From Perna viridis (taxonomy: Eukaryota), in NCBI GenBank assembly GCA_037379345.1, contig CM074512.1, positions 40,486,001 to 40,550,000 on the forward strand: DNA of 64,000 nucleotides. Direction: 5' to 3'. Positions within the stretch are counted from its first letter, which is position 1; every line of letters starts with the position of its first letter. Shown piece after piece: positions 27,413-39,831 of the stretch. The position numbers were made by a program, and so were the translations under genes. Below the pieces are notes generated by a model, which saw only the letters and a program-made list of their open reading frames with translations, had not been told where the DNA came from and did no database searches.

Positions 27413-28864
27413 TAGGTTTTCCATATCTTGAGGAACACTAACAATGCAGAACAAGATTAATAACAGGGATGTTAACATCACACCTGATGGCTTAACTGGG
27501 ACAAATCTCATTATTGGTCTCATTTTTTGCTTCAAGCCTGGGCAAAAATGAATTCCATGGATCACTGATCTTCTAATACACCAGCGGGTTAAGAAGCCAA
27601 ACTACACTGTTCACCATTTACATTTCCTGGGCCATATTGACTCGTTGGATACCATTTTCAATTTTGGTGAGAGATTTTGACATATGCTCCTCCAAAATGA
27701 TGCTTTATACTGCAAGACTTTCTCATTGACAAGGCAAATTTAACATTGATAACAGTTGTTATTATGGATATATTCCCTAAAAAAAAATCTAAATAAACAA
27801 AAAGACCTGGAAAATTTAGCACATTCATTTGCAAAGCTCTTCCTAATGCACATCTCAAAGTTGGACGGCCTACTTCGTTTTTACAGAAAATAATTCAAAT
27901 GATAAAAACTGATAACATTGCCTACATTGAAAACTTTCCATCCCTGATCATTGATGGAAAATATTCCCAACCTTGTGAATTTGAGTCTTATGCAATTTTG
28001 AACATTTTACAAGATGAAAGTTTTCAAGATAAGTGTAAAAACATCTATTTGATCACATATTATGCAATAATGTGGCATTGAAAGCATAAAAACCTTTTAA
28101 AAAATGCAAGTGATCCATAACATTCTAAGCTTTCTTTATCCCCACTGTTTCAGCTAAAAGCCATAAACCAAATTAAACATTTTGATCATGATGCTATTAA
28201 AACATCTGACCCCTTTTTCTTGTTTCCCGACTGATATGCACCAATATTTAAAGAGCTATGGTATAGAAATTACATAAACATATGGTAGAAAACCAGACAA
28301 CCTTGCAGAAAATATGTAGGCGCAGGGTAAATGAAGTCAAAATATACAGTTCTATAAAATGTTTTCTGTGTATCAAGGTATGTTTGACAAGTCCTTAGAA
28401 AATACACAAACACTTTCAAACCATAATTTACTTCTTTGTGAGGTGTTTGCATCTGCTCTCACTCTGCTTCAAGAAGACATCAATTTCATCTATGCTATAC
28501 TTCTCACAACTGAGCATGCATTCAGAGAAGTGGTATTGAAAATGTCCTAGATATTATCACAAAGACATGGACAGTATAAATAAATCCTACAGAAACCTAC
28601 TTTTCAGGAGTGTCACTCTATTTTACTTAAAATAGCTCTAATAACTTGGAAAAAAGAAGGTTGGTTACCAGCATTAGTACAATAAGTATGACATAGTATA
28701 CCTTGTCCATCCATTACAAGACAATAAACCAGGCAGACGATGGCAGACATACATGTACCAGGCAACATGCATGATCGACCAAGCATGGCAATATCCCAGC
28801 ATTCAAAAGGTAGCCATCTGCTTCAGAGGAAAAGGATGGAAAGAGAAAAACAGAAAATACATAC

Positions 28865-29040
28865 ATAATATCCTACCGTCATAGGCTGATTGGGCATGCC
28901 TGGTGGATTCGGTGATAAAATGACATGGGTCAGGATACCATGTTCATCAACAATCTGTTGTACCATGTGACCAGGAGGTACCTGCATGGGCATGGGTAGT
29001 GGAGGTCCGTTATTTGATACCATTCTTACTGTTGCTGGTC
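28865..29040 (-). CDS. FNDC3A: FNDC3-family gene, coding exon A (first traced exon; conserved N-terminal motif)
   Basis: Acceptor tacttttcag|GA, donor TAT|gtatgt; 176 nt, phase 1 to 0. Encodes (G)PATVRMVSNNGPPLPMPMQVPPGHMVQQIVDEHGILTHVILSPNPPGMPNQPMTVGYY, resembling the FNDC3 N-terminal GPAEVPMMSPNG..VPPGY..QVIED motif. An in-frame alternative donor ACG|gtagga would end the exon at 28877. The A/B paralog label is not resolvable in an invertebrate. Confidence 0.92.
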
Positions 29041-31280
29041 CTGAAAAGTATAAGAAGTTGTTTTGAGTTTTCTTGTTCGTATTTCGCTTTACTACAATGA
29101 ACCAGAATGCTACCAATTAACCCCTTTGAATACATGCTTTTTCTTAATATTTCAAGTTCAATACAGGACCACAGACTCCATTGACTATATTTCAAAGGTA
29201 ACTAGCTATAAAAACACATACTGACTCATGAAACTATAGTTTAATAAAGATAAAATTATGTCCAATCGCATCAGTTAGACACAATAAGACAGACTATTAG
29301 ATAAGGAGACCAATCAACGTTTCTATGACCCAATATAGTTGTGATACAAAGTAATCCCATTATAACCACAACTAAGTGCTTGATTGCCCAAGTCCGTATT
29401 AAGATATTAGACATTTTAAAGGTTATATGAATTATAGAGTTAAAGTAATAATGAATTTGATGCAGTGTTAGACAATCACGAGACATATTAACACAGAAAA
29501 AAGTACAGGCCTTTCCACTAAAGTACACAGAATGCAGTATATATAAGATTAAATGTAAGATGTAGACAAAAGGATTGCATTCTTAGTCAAACAAACTTTA
29601 AATTCATAAGGTGGAAAGGACTTAGTCTACAATTGGTAATATCATTCATTTATCATATTTCATAAATGTTTAATCCCTAATTTTATCACTTAATTTCAGT
29701 TTTATTACAGGCAAACAGTGGAGACCACTTCAAATCTCTATAGGCTAATTTTAATGCAACAAATTGTATAGCATATTAGAAATATGAATTAGGATAGTCT
29801 TGATTTTAATATGTTATACCAGTCTTGCATGAAACTGTGCCTATACTTAACAAGTTTTACCCCCAAGACAATAAATAATGTCTTGTGAAAAAAACCAATC
29901 ATTATACCAATGTATAATAATACCAGTACATGCCAGTCATGTGTTTTATAAATTTGTAGCCAGCCTTAGGCACAGTTTCTTGTAAATCTAGGATTTTCCC
30001 ATGACCAACTAAGACAAAAAACAAAACCTATATCATGTCTTATCCTCACGACTCCAGTTACCCTTAACTGTACTTAGGGACAACATTTTATACTGATAAC
30101 TCTAAATACATGTTTAACTTCTCATGTATACAATCAGTATGCAACACCCATTCAACTCATTCATAAATCCACTTCCTTTACAAATGAAGCAAAATAGTTA
30201 TCTTATTAAAAAGTTTTAGTGCAACACTCTGCCCATACAGTATTTATTCATATTCATAGTGTTTACAAGTTATCTTAAAAACATGGGCCATATAATGATT
30301 GACAAATAGACTATTGTAAAACTATGAAAAGTTAGTCCAAAAGTTCTAGCAGATTTTTGTCTAATGCCAAATACATTCAGAGTGTTATGCTGTTATTAGC
30401 AGGAATGAAAACTAGTTCATGAATTCTTAACTTCTATAACGCAAATAATTGTACTCATATTTCCATACATGTACATTTGACTCCAGTGCCTTAACTGATT
30501 AAGTTGAGTATAGTATTTCTTATCCTTTTACAGGTCAAGGTTACTGATTAGGAAACATATGCAATAACATATGGATAAAGCACCTTAGACATCAAATTCT
30601 ATACTAATTAGTCCTAAAGAAGTCCTTTGACAATAATATCCTTCAACCATAAGTGTCAACTAATTAATATAGTTTGGAACATACTTATCAAAGATGTTGG
30701 TTATTAGTAACCAGGCAATTCTAAACTAATTACTTTCAAGAAACACTATACTTTGATAACAAAGATATCATATGCCCTATTAATGGACCTATGGTAATTA
30801 ACTTTCTCTTTTTCTGTGCAATTAAGTCTGCGACAGCTTGCATAAATATTACATCTTAATTTCAGATGTAAGGAGAGTGGTATAAGCCCTTTTCAGTTCT
30901 TGGATCAAGATTGGTCTATGATCAGTTGATGTACTTAATATGACACAGATCTGCATACATCTATCATCTACATTAAGACACAGGTTGATTAAAATTTTTG
31001 ACTAAATCTGTGAGCAGTTTACATTAAATACACATTCACTCTTCCAATAGGATAATCACTCCTTGGCAGCATGTGACAATATTCAAATTCATATCGACAT
31101 TTGTTACTCAATATACCATACCGTATCATCAAAGTCCATTGAATATTTATAAGGAATTAAGCAAGGATTTGAACTGAAAAGGGAATTTTCTGAATGCCCC
31201 TCCCCAAAACGTTTGCAAGAGCAGATGAGTAGAATTATGAAATGATCGTGGGAAATTATATTTGTATGGTCAACATAAGG

Positions 31281-31418
31281 ATACATGTACTACCATTTGC
31301 AGGGTATAATACATGTACTACCATTTGCAGGGTATAATACATGCACTACCATTTGTAGAGTATAATACATGTACTATCATTTGTAGGGTATAATACATGC
31401 ACTAACATTTGCAGGATA
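31281..31418. repeat. 28-bp tandem repeat, about 5 copies
   Basis: atacatgtactaccatttgcagggtata at 31281, 31309, 31337, 31365 and 31393. Confidence 0.95.
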
Positions 31419-33614
31419 ACTCTTTCCCTTTTGCAACAGTAAGTAGGTAAGATCAAACATTATTTCAATACAAAAAATATGTATTAATAACAGACCAACA
31501 GCGGAAACATTAAAGACAAATTTATGAAATAATTTGTCTACCTCCCTAGCTCAAGACGACTGCAGCGGCACAGAAACTCATCATGATTGCAGCCATGTTA
31601 CATAATCCCAAACACAGTTTCTAATCCAATTTCATAAACAGTGACAGACTTTGAGTCTGAGTCATAATTTTTTTTTGTTTTCCCCCTAAACTTCATTAGT
31701 TTGCAGACAAGAGACATATATTCTGGAGAAATGACACAAAATCACAATCCCTGCAATTACATTGGCTTTCAATAAATCAATTATGAACACTGTCTAGCCA
31801 ATAGATGATTACTTTGGTGTGAATCTTTATGGCAATATTTCTATTCTAAATCTGGCACAATAAAGTGTGTGCATTGTAGATAAACATCATATTTTTATAA
31901 TATTAACTTGAATTCTTGCTGGCCTTGGACATTTTGGTCTATAAATAGATAATACATGTATGGTATACGGGACTTGTGCACCACAGTTCATTGTACAATA
32001 AGTAACCCAAGATAGACCACACACAGACTTGAATTAAAAAATGCTTACTCACTAGACTACACACAAAATACTAAAAAATTGTACAATGACTTATTTGTTT
32101 GTTTCTGCTTCGACTTCCCTTAAACAGGGCAGCGTGAAACTCAATTATGGTAGCCGCGTATTTACGAACATCAGAATACTTGTTACTGGCATAATATTTG
32201 TCACGATTACGTGTATAATACAAAAAAAAAAATCCTGCAGATAAAACTTTAAGGTTACAACATTTGGCAAAAAACTGTTACTTTATCAAGAAACAATCTA
32301 TCAACAGTTATTTCTCAAAATAGGACTTGTGTAACTCAGAATTTGGTTTTTGTGTCAATATGGTCGTTGACATTTTTCTGATTATTGCTGACTATTATAC
32401 AGCTGTTTAGCATTTTTCACCCACCAATTCAGTCAGAGTACATCAAGGAACAGTTGTATTAAATGTGCCTTAACCATTAGAATTACATGCAGATGTCATG
32501 AATACTAACATGTTTCAAATTATTGTAGTGTGATTTTAGTCTGCAGAAAGTCATGAATGAATTTCAAGTATTTAGGTAAAGGAGCATATTATACTTGCTC
32601 AATCTAGAAGTACATTTTTGACATGACATAGAAAGTAACAGTGTCTGCAAAATAATGCTAAATAGCATTATATCATGTACAATTTCAACATTTTATACTA
32701 GCACCCATGGTAAAATTTTCGTACGCAATGCGATTGCAGTATGCCTCTAAAGCACTGGTCTCAGACCCTTGACTTGCAATATTAAAAACAGTCATTAAAA
32801 GAAAATTAAGGAAAACCTTTTGTAATAATATAAAACAAATATTGCTCTAAAGAAGAAGGTTTCTTACAGATTTATCTATAGCAAACTGAACTAGGTCACA
32901 TAAACAAACTTTCTAACATAAGAAAAATCAATGCATAATATGTTAAGCTTCCATGCTTACTATATAAACATATCTTTCTATTAGCCAACTTGTTTACTTT
33001 TAAGATGACTGAGGCTGGTCATGGAGAAGTCAAGATTATGCAATAGTCTAGATTATTACTTATTGATTTTCATAATTGCTGCATTTCCACATCACTGTAA
33101 AGAATATTGATTGAAAATTAGGGACACTCATGGTTGAAATAGACATCAATCCATAATCAATGTACATTTTGCTCAATTAACATGGCATCGAAAGTGACAA
33201 TTATAGGGAATTCATGTGACATTTTCCTCTCAGATTCTTCTGCCTGTCTGACCTCTACCAGGAAGAAGTCAGTTTCAATTTGTGTTTGTAGACTATAGCA
33301 GACCCATAGGATTATAACTATGTAAATCTTTTAAATCCTTCTATTTCCCAACTTAGGTACCTGCTTTGACATCATTATAGAGTAATATCCTCAAGTAAGC
33401 CTTCAAATTTAATCACTGACACATTGAACTTTGACCTGTGCATGTCATTTCAGTTCTGCTGAGATACCATAAAAAATGCAGTAAAACAGAGCATATGCTG
33501 ACCATGAATGGTTGTAAATATAAATGAGTAAAGATCTCAAAATTAATATAAAGATACAATGTGGAAATACCTTTATGAGCACAACAGTATAATATAATGT
33601 GACTTGCATGTGCT

Positions 33615-33829
33615 TGTAGAAAAACAGAGGGAACTTACACTACGGTACACCTGGTCCATGCTCCCAGTTTTTAGTGAAGTCTGGGTGGCTCATTTACTTT
33701 TGTTTCTTTGTTCCTTTTATTTTGGTTATTTCATATTGTTTGCTGTGTTGCTATTTTCCCTGTCCAGCCTTCATCCCTGGAATATATTCTTTTAATTTCC
33801 ACTAGAATCTTGGTTCCCTTGATTACTCT
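33615..33829 (+). mobile_element. Penelope-like retroelement 3' fragment, copy 2
   Basis: cacctggtccatgctcccagtttttagtg...ctagaatcttggttcccttgattactct; reverse complement of copy 1. Confidence 0.75.
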
Positions 33830-36800
33830 TTGCAAACACTGAAGCATTTTTATCCTAGGAAAACCTTAGAAAAAAAAGACTATCTGGGGACGACAAATAT
33901 CAAGGCTGGCCCATTTAATTACAGCTCAAGCCTGTAATTTATTTCAACATTCAATAAGGTTAAACTAAACTAACATGAATCAATCTTTACAGACTGCAGA
34001 AAAATGGTCAATGTCACCATATTCAATCCTAATTTACCCACAATTAAGATATTGAAGTGACAATGTGACAGTAAACCTTACTCAAGACATAAATCTGACA
34101 GAATCTTTAGTTTTTTTATAAAGTCATATACCTTCCACAACAAACACAACTTGAAAGGCAAAATAAACACAGTCAAAACAACCTTAGGGCTATATTTCAT
34201 TGTTTGCTAAAACATCCAGCATTCTGTCAACAAAAACACCACTGAGTAAAAAAAGGCTGATTTGCAAACAAGTCTGTCTCTTGATGATTTTAATTTAATT
34301 TACACACCTCTAACTGAACAAAGGTCATTGGCCAGGAACTATAAGGCTGTTAACTTCTTTTGAACTTCAAAAAAAAAGAGACAGTGAAACACATGCTTTA
34401 AGGAAGACAAAGGGAGCCATTGGCCATCCGCCTTTGCAAAAGGAAGCAAAAAATGTCTGCAAAATTTCAAATGAATATTTCCTGTGGTTATTTTATGACC
34501 CAGAACATAATGTTAAGTTGCTCTTGCAAAAAAAAAAACAACCGCACTATTGGGCACTGAATAGCAATCTGACACAGATCTTTTAAGTTTCAGGTCAATT
34601 TAAATTTTTTGCTGAAAGTACATTTTTTATAGCAAGATGCACTTGATTAGGAGAAAACATTAAACAAAACTGCTGAGTTATCTTGAAAAAGACCTTAAGC
34701 AAATCCTGGTTATAAAATAACTGTTCTTAGTAGTGTATGTACATAAAAAAAATATTGGAAAATGCAATGAAACAGCAATCCCTAAAAGGAGGCCCCTATG
34801 TTTCCTTGACATTATGACAAGAAATATTCAGGAGACTCGTGCAAAAAACATGGTATCAACAACAATTACCTACAAAGAATACCCCTCAATTTTGACAATA
34901 TATTTGTACTCAAAGTAGTCTTTTCTTACAAAAATGATCATTACTATATTACTTCAATATTTCAAACTTTTAGAAAGATTTTGAAACAGAATGGAATAAA
35001 ATTATGTGTTTTTCTATTTTTTTTATTTCATTTTTTTGGTTTTTGCTTTCTGTTTTTGTTTGTTTGTTGTTTTTTTTTTTGTTTCAATGACCTACTCCTA
35101 AATTATTCAAATGCACTGCATTTCAATAAAATTTTAACTTATTTTACAAAAAAGATGAGGCAATTAAGATCCTTATTCTTTCATTCTGAATTAACAAGTG
35201 CACTATAAAGTGGTGGATTAGTACCTGAAAATGTTTCTGCCACTGTCTGACTTAAACAACATTCACACTGAAGTATCCATAAGAAGGTAAGTAATTAAGC
35301 ATTTTAACAGATATTGTATATCAAACATGTCTGAATCAATGCCTGACTGCAGATCGTGTAAATAGTACCTAGAGATGGATGGAATTTGGACAGAAGATTG
35401 ATAGTCTTGTTCATCTGAACTGACCTGATTTTGTGTCGTGACTGGCACCATCTATACTAATGTGCTCACCTTACCCACGATTCTGTATCATGGCTGGCAC
35501 AATTTATACTCATATGCTTACTTTTTATACCTACATAGTTCAAAGTTCTGAGACGGACCTAAATTTTCAATGGATCACATCATGTCCTCTAGTTACAAGG
35601 CTTAGGTGAATACTCGGATATAAAATAATCTAGCATTGATGCAATTCATTCTAACAAAAATTCGTTAGTTTCAAGGAGATATTGCCACTAACACTTGTAG
35701 CTTTTGAAAAATCCATGACACCAACAATGGAAGATCTAAAGGGATTCTAGAGGTTTGAATGCTTAACCCCTTCCCATTTCGTTGAAAACTTTTGCTATTT
35801 TTGTGTAAAACATCTTTTATGACTATGTCTGGGTTTGAAATGATGATGCAAAAGCTTGTATGCACCCAAGTGAGGCATAAATCAAGAAATCCAGTTGGGG
35901 ATACTGACATACCTTCTACAGTGCACTTAATATCCAAGGGAAAAAAAAAAAAAAGAAAGTAGAAAAGGCATCTATTTCAAGTTGTTCATGTCTAGCCTGA
36001 AGAAAAAGATATTCAACCTGTATGGTGTCACCTTCAATAAATGACAAGAATGCACCTCTCAAGAAACAGAAGATTAATGGACCCAAATAGATTGTAAATC
36101 TTCTCTCTCAATGGTGGGTAAATGTTGCATTTGTTTTTGTTTTGTAAGACTTTATTCAAAGTTCATCAAAACAATTACTTTAAAGGTAATTTCCATGCAA
36201 TCTCCACATATATCACACAACGGGAACAAAAAAAGAGTCAACAAGCCATTTAAAGGATATCTGTTACAACCTATGTCTCAACCAATTACTTACAAAAATC
36301 ACAACCAAACCAAAACTAACCGAACCAAAACCATTTCTCACTGGGTAACCTCAGTGATTCACGTCATTGAATTAAGTGCATTCACATGTACATGTATTAA
36401 TTGTACCTGGTACAAGATGGTAGTAACATCACTGCTGACCACAGTATTAATACAGAAGAAATATTTTGAATACCTTTTCACTGTATACTCTGTATTATCT
36501 TAATAATGATTGTTGTTTTTTTTTCTGCTAATAGAAACAATTATAACCAGAGGTATATGTTCATGAACATCATATGCAAGTAGGATAAATATCTTATTGT
36601 ATAAATTATGCTAACAAGTAGTGTTTTTTTTTTTCCAATTAATTGTGCATGTACTTAAATATAAAAGCTTGTGTATCTAGCTATTAAATTGATGCTATAT
36701 AAATTGGTAGGCACTTTTAAAGTTTCAGAATTTTTTAGGAAATCAACTTTAAGAACTTGAAAGTTGTGTAAGAAAAACCTTATGAATTAAAAGGTTGTAA

Positions 36801-37452
36801 TTTTTGTATTTCTGCCAAACTAAAATGAGGTCAACTCACTCCTAATACTTTAAAAAAAAAATGTCACACACAAATATTTGTACGTGAATCAAAGTCATAA
36901 AACAATGGCTTCAAAACAAAGGCATACATCTGGTACAAAAACACAAAAAAAAATGTAATAAAAAGACAACATCATCAAACTCTTAAACAGGGTTATGTAC
37001 ATTGCATCCTAACTTTATGAACTTGCAATTATTAAGTCATAGATAATCAGGATGTACATATATCATTCTGTCTGTCTGAAATGTTTTCACAAATCTAGAC
37101 CAAACACAAGGTAATTTTCTAGATAAGTGGTAACAACAGGTAATTTTAGATTGACTGTAAGCGACTGTATTAGGAATGTTTCAAGAAAATCATTTAGGTA
37201 TGAGGACAAAACTACAGTAATCAGTTTGGAAACCTGATTAAATATCAAATACAGAGAAGAAAATTATCTATTTTAACTATGCCATTGTCACATGTTTGTG
37301 TTTATTGCAACTTAACATCTAAAAGGGAAAACAATGTGAAGGCCATTGATTGACTTAAAAAAGCATATCAAATGTACAGTGACTCTACTTTAGAGAAAGT
37401 TTGGAATTTCAAATGTTTCAGAACTTCATCTCAAGTACTTCCTGGAAGAAAA

Positions 37453-37965
37453 ATCAACAACAGCAGCTGACCAGATGTATTGAGCATAGATCAACAGCAG
37501 CTGACCAGAAATATTGAGCATAGATCAACAACAGCTGATCAGAAGTATTGAGCATAGATCAACAGCAGCTGATCAGAAGTATTGAGCATAGATCAACAAC
37601 AGCAGCCAACCATAAGTATTGAGCATAAATCTACAACAGCAGCCAACCATAGGTATTGACCACAGATCAACAACGGCAGCAAACCAGAAATATTGAGCAT
37701 AGATCAACAACAGCTGATCAGAAGTATTGAGCATAGATCAACAACAGCAGCCAACCAAAAGTATTGAGCATAGATCAACAACAACAGCAAACCAGAAGTA
37801 TTGAGCATAGATCAACAACAGCAGCCAACCAAAAGTATTGAGCATAGATCAACAACAACAGCGAACCAGAAGTATTGAGCATAGATCTACAACAGCAGCT
37901 AATCAGTAGAATTGAGCAGAGATGACCAATATATTGAGCAAAGATCAACATCAGCAGCTGACCAT
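37453..37965. repeat. 34/37-bp minisatellite, about 14 copies
   Basis: tattgagcatagatcaac(aac)agcagctgaccagaag; unit length varies by one CAA/CAG triplet. Confidence 0.95.
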
Positions 37966-39406
37966 TAATCATCAATCATGTGTGCAAGTGTACCAAGACT
38001 TGATGGATGGATATTGTCAAGGAAGTTAATGAAGTTCTGATCTAGAGCTTAACCATCACTGTATTAGATAGTCATTGAAATATGATTCAGCACAAAATTA
38101 TGTCTAGACTGCAAGGGTAGGAACCTCTTTGATACTGTAGGAATGATAGTGTTATGCAAGAAAATATTTATTGTTAATTAAAGATCTTCAAAGTGCAATA
38201 ATGCCAAATCATTGCTTCCAAACAATGCACCAATATCACTTAGTGCCTTTCAGTTATGTTTTAAATATATGTGTCACAAAATATTGGATGTACAAGAATT
38301 TAAAAAGTCAACTTATAGTTTTATTTTGATTTTCTATTTCTTTCCAGATTGAAAATGGAAATTTTTCAACACAGTTTGCAACATAAAAGATCTTAAGTTC
38401 GGTACAGGGTATCATAACATTTGACATTCTTTGAGTCACAAGTGTCACAGGCCTTTGCTTGAAATTCTACAACCCTACATCATGAGGGTTTATCATGCAT
38501 TAAAGACTGATAACTCATTGAATAATTCTATACCAACAGTATAAACAGGAAGTTATAAAATCTAAAACAGTGCTATATAGAATGCTTTCTTAGCACCAAA
38601 CAAATGTAAATTTTAGAAGTTGAGTAAGAAAAGGTAACCAAAGTTTATCTGGTACTGAGCCAACACAAGAACATTATACACAGCTCTAAATCCTTTGAAG
38701 TTGTATAGTAATCATTTTTTTAGTTAATTGGCATTTATTTAGGATACTGACACACCTTTCATTAACTAAACCAGACACTGCAATCTATATGCAACAAGTA
38801 GTTATTTTTCCTTCCTAACAGATAAGACCAGATTTTCCTGCAATGTTTGCAGTTCTTATCAGAGCAATTAAAAGTAGAGTTTCAGATTAATGTAATGATC
38901 AATCATTCAATGCCAAAATACAAACATTAATCCTTTGTTTTCGAAATGATCATTTGTACACAAAGGAAATTCTCATACATTAAACTTTTTTTTTCTCTGA
39001 AGACCTGTTTCGAATTGAACTCTGAAGAGCTAGCTACAACATATACTAATATATCAAATTATCACCAGAAAGTTCTAAAAAAAAATAGCCTGGAAACAGT
39101 ATGGCCTAGTTCTTAATAACACCACAAGTCATTTAGATTTAACTTTAAAAGCAAGATACACAAATTTTCAAAACATAAATATTTATTAGCATGGCCTGTA
39201 TTCTTCCAGTATTACATGGCATAATGCAATACATTTTTTTCAATATCATTTTAAATAATCTCAAAAAACAGTGAAAACCCAAACTGTGAATTAAATTATT
39301 GCAATATACTGACTGAACTTTCTGGTTAATAACTGTAGACAGACAACACAAGGAATAAAACATTTTCTTACAGTGTTCATTTCTGTAAATCATTCAATTC
39401 ATTAAA

Positions 39407-39430
39407 CTCTCTCTCTCTCTCTCTCTCTCT
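39407..39430. repeat. (CT)12 microsatellite
   Basis: Read directly from the sequence. Confidence 0.95.
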
Positions 39431-39629
39431 AGTTGGTTTCTTTGAGTTAACTATGTGATACTTAAGTGTTGATTGTCATGGATAGTCTATGACCTTTGAT
39501 CTACGAGATTGGAATATCATTTTGACAATTTCCTATTGTTATTAGTAAAATCTAAGTGATTATTTTAGTGTTAAATGGAAAAAAAAGATTTCTCCTAGCA
39601 ATTCATACTCTTTAAAGCATTTTGCCATC

Positions 39630-39831
39630 GTGCTTATCCTACCAGTGCACCTGGTCCTTTTTCCCAGTTTTTAGTGGAGTCCGATTTACATATTTACTTT
39701 TGTTACTTTGTATGTATTATTTTAGTTATTTTATGTTTGTTGTTGTGTTTGTCTGTTTTCCATGTCTGGTCTTTGTCCCTGGATTACATTCTTTTGGTTT
39801 CTGCTAGAATCTTGGTTCCCTTGATTACTCT
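39630..39831 (+). mobile_element. Penelope-like retroelement 3' fragment, copy 3
   Basis: cctaccagtgcacctggtcc...ccctggattacattc...ctagaatcttggttcccttgattactct. Confidence 0.75.

Noticed and set aside
27899-28550. Short plus-strand ORFs as a nested antisense gene
   Set aside because: No homology recognised and no coherent exon chain.
35263-35937. Two minus-strand ORFs (62 and 88 aa) with protein-like composition
   Set aside because: No recognisable homology and no phase-1 donor that joins exon A in frame.
37453-37965. CRISPR-like array (constant core plus variable segment)
   Set aside because: The variable parts are short variants of one another rather than unique spacers; the context is a eukaryotic intron with no cas genes.
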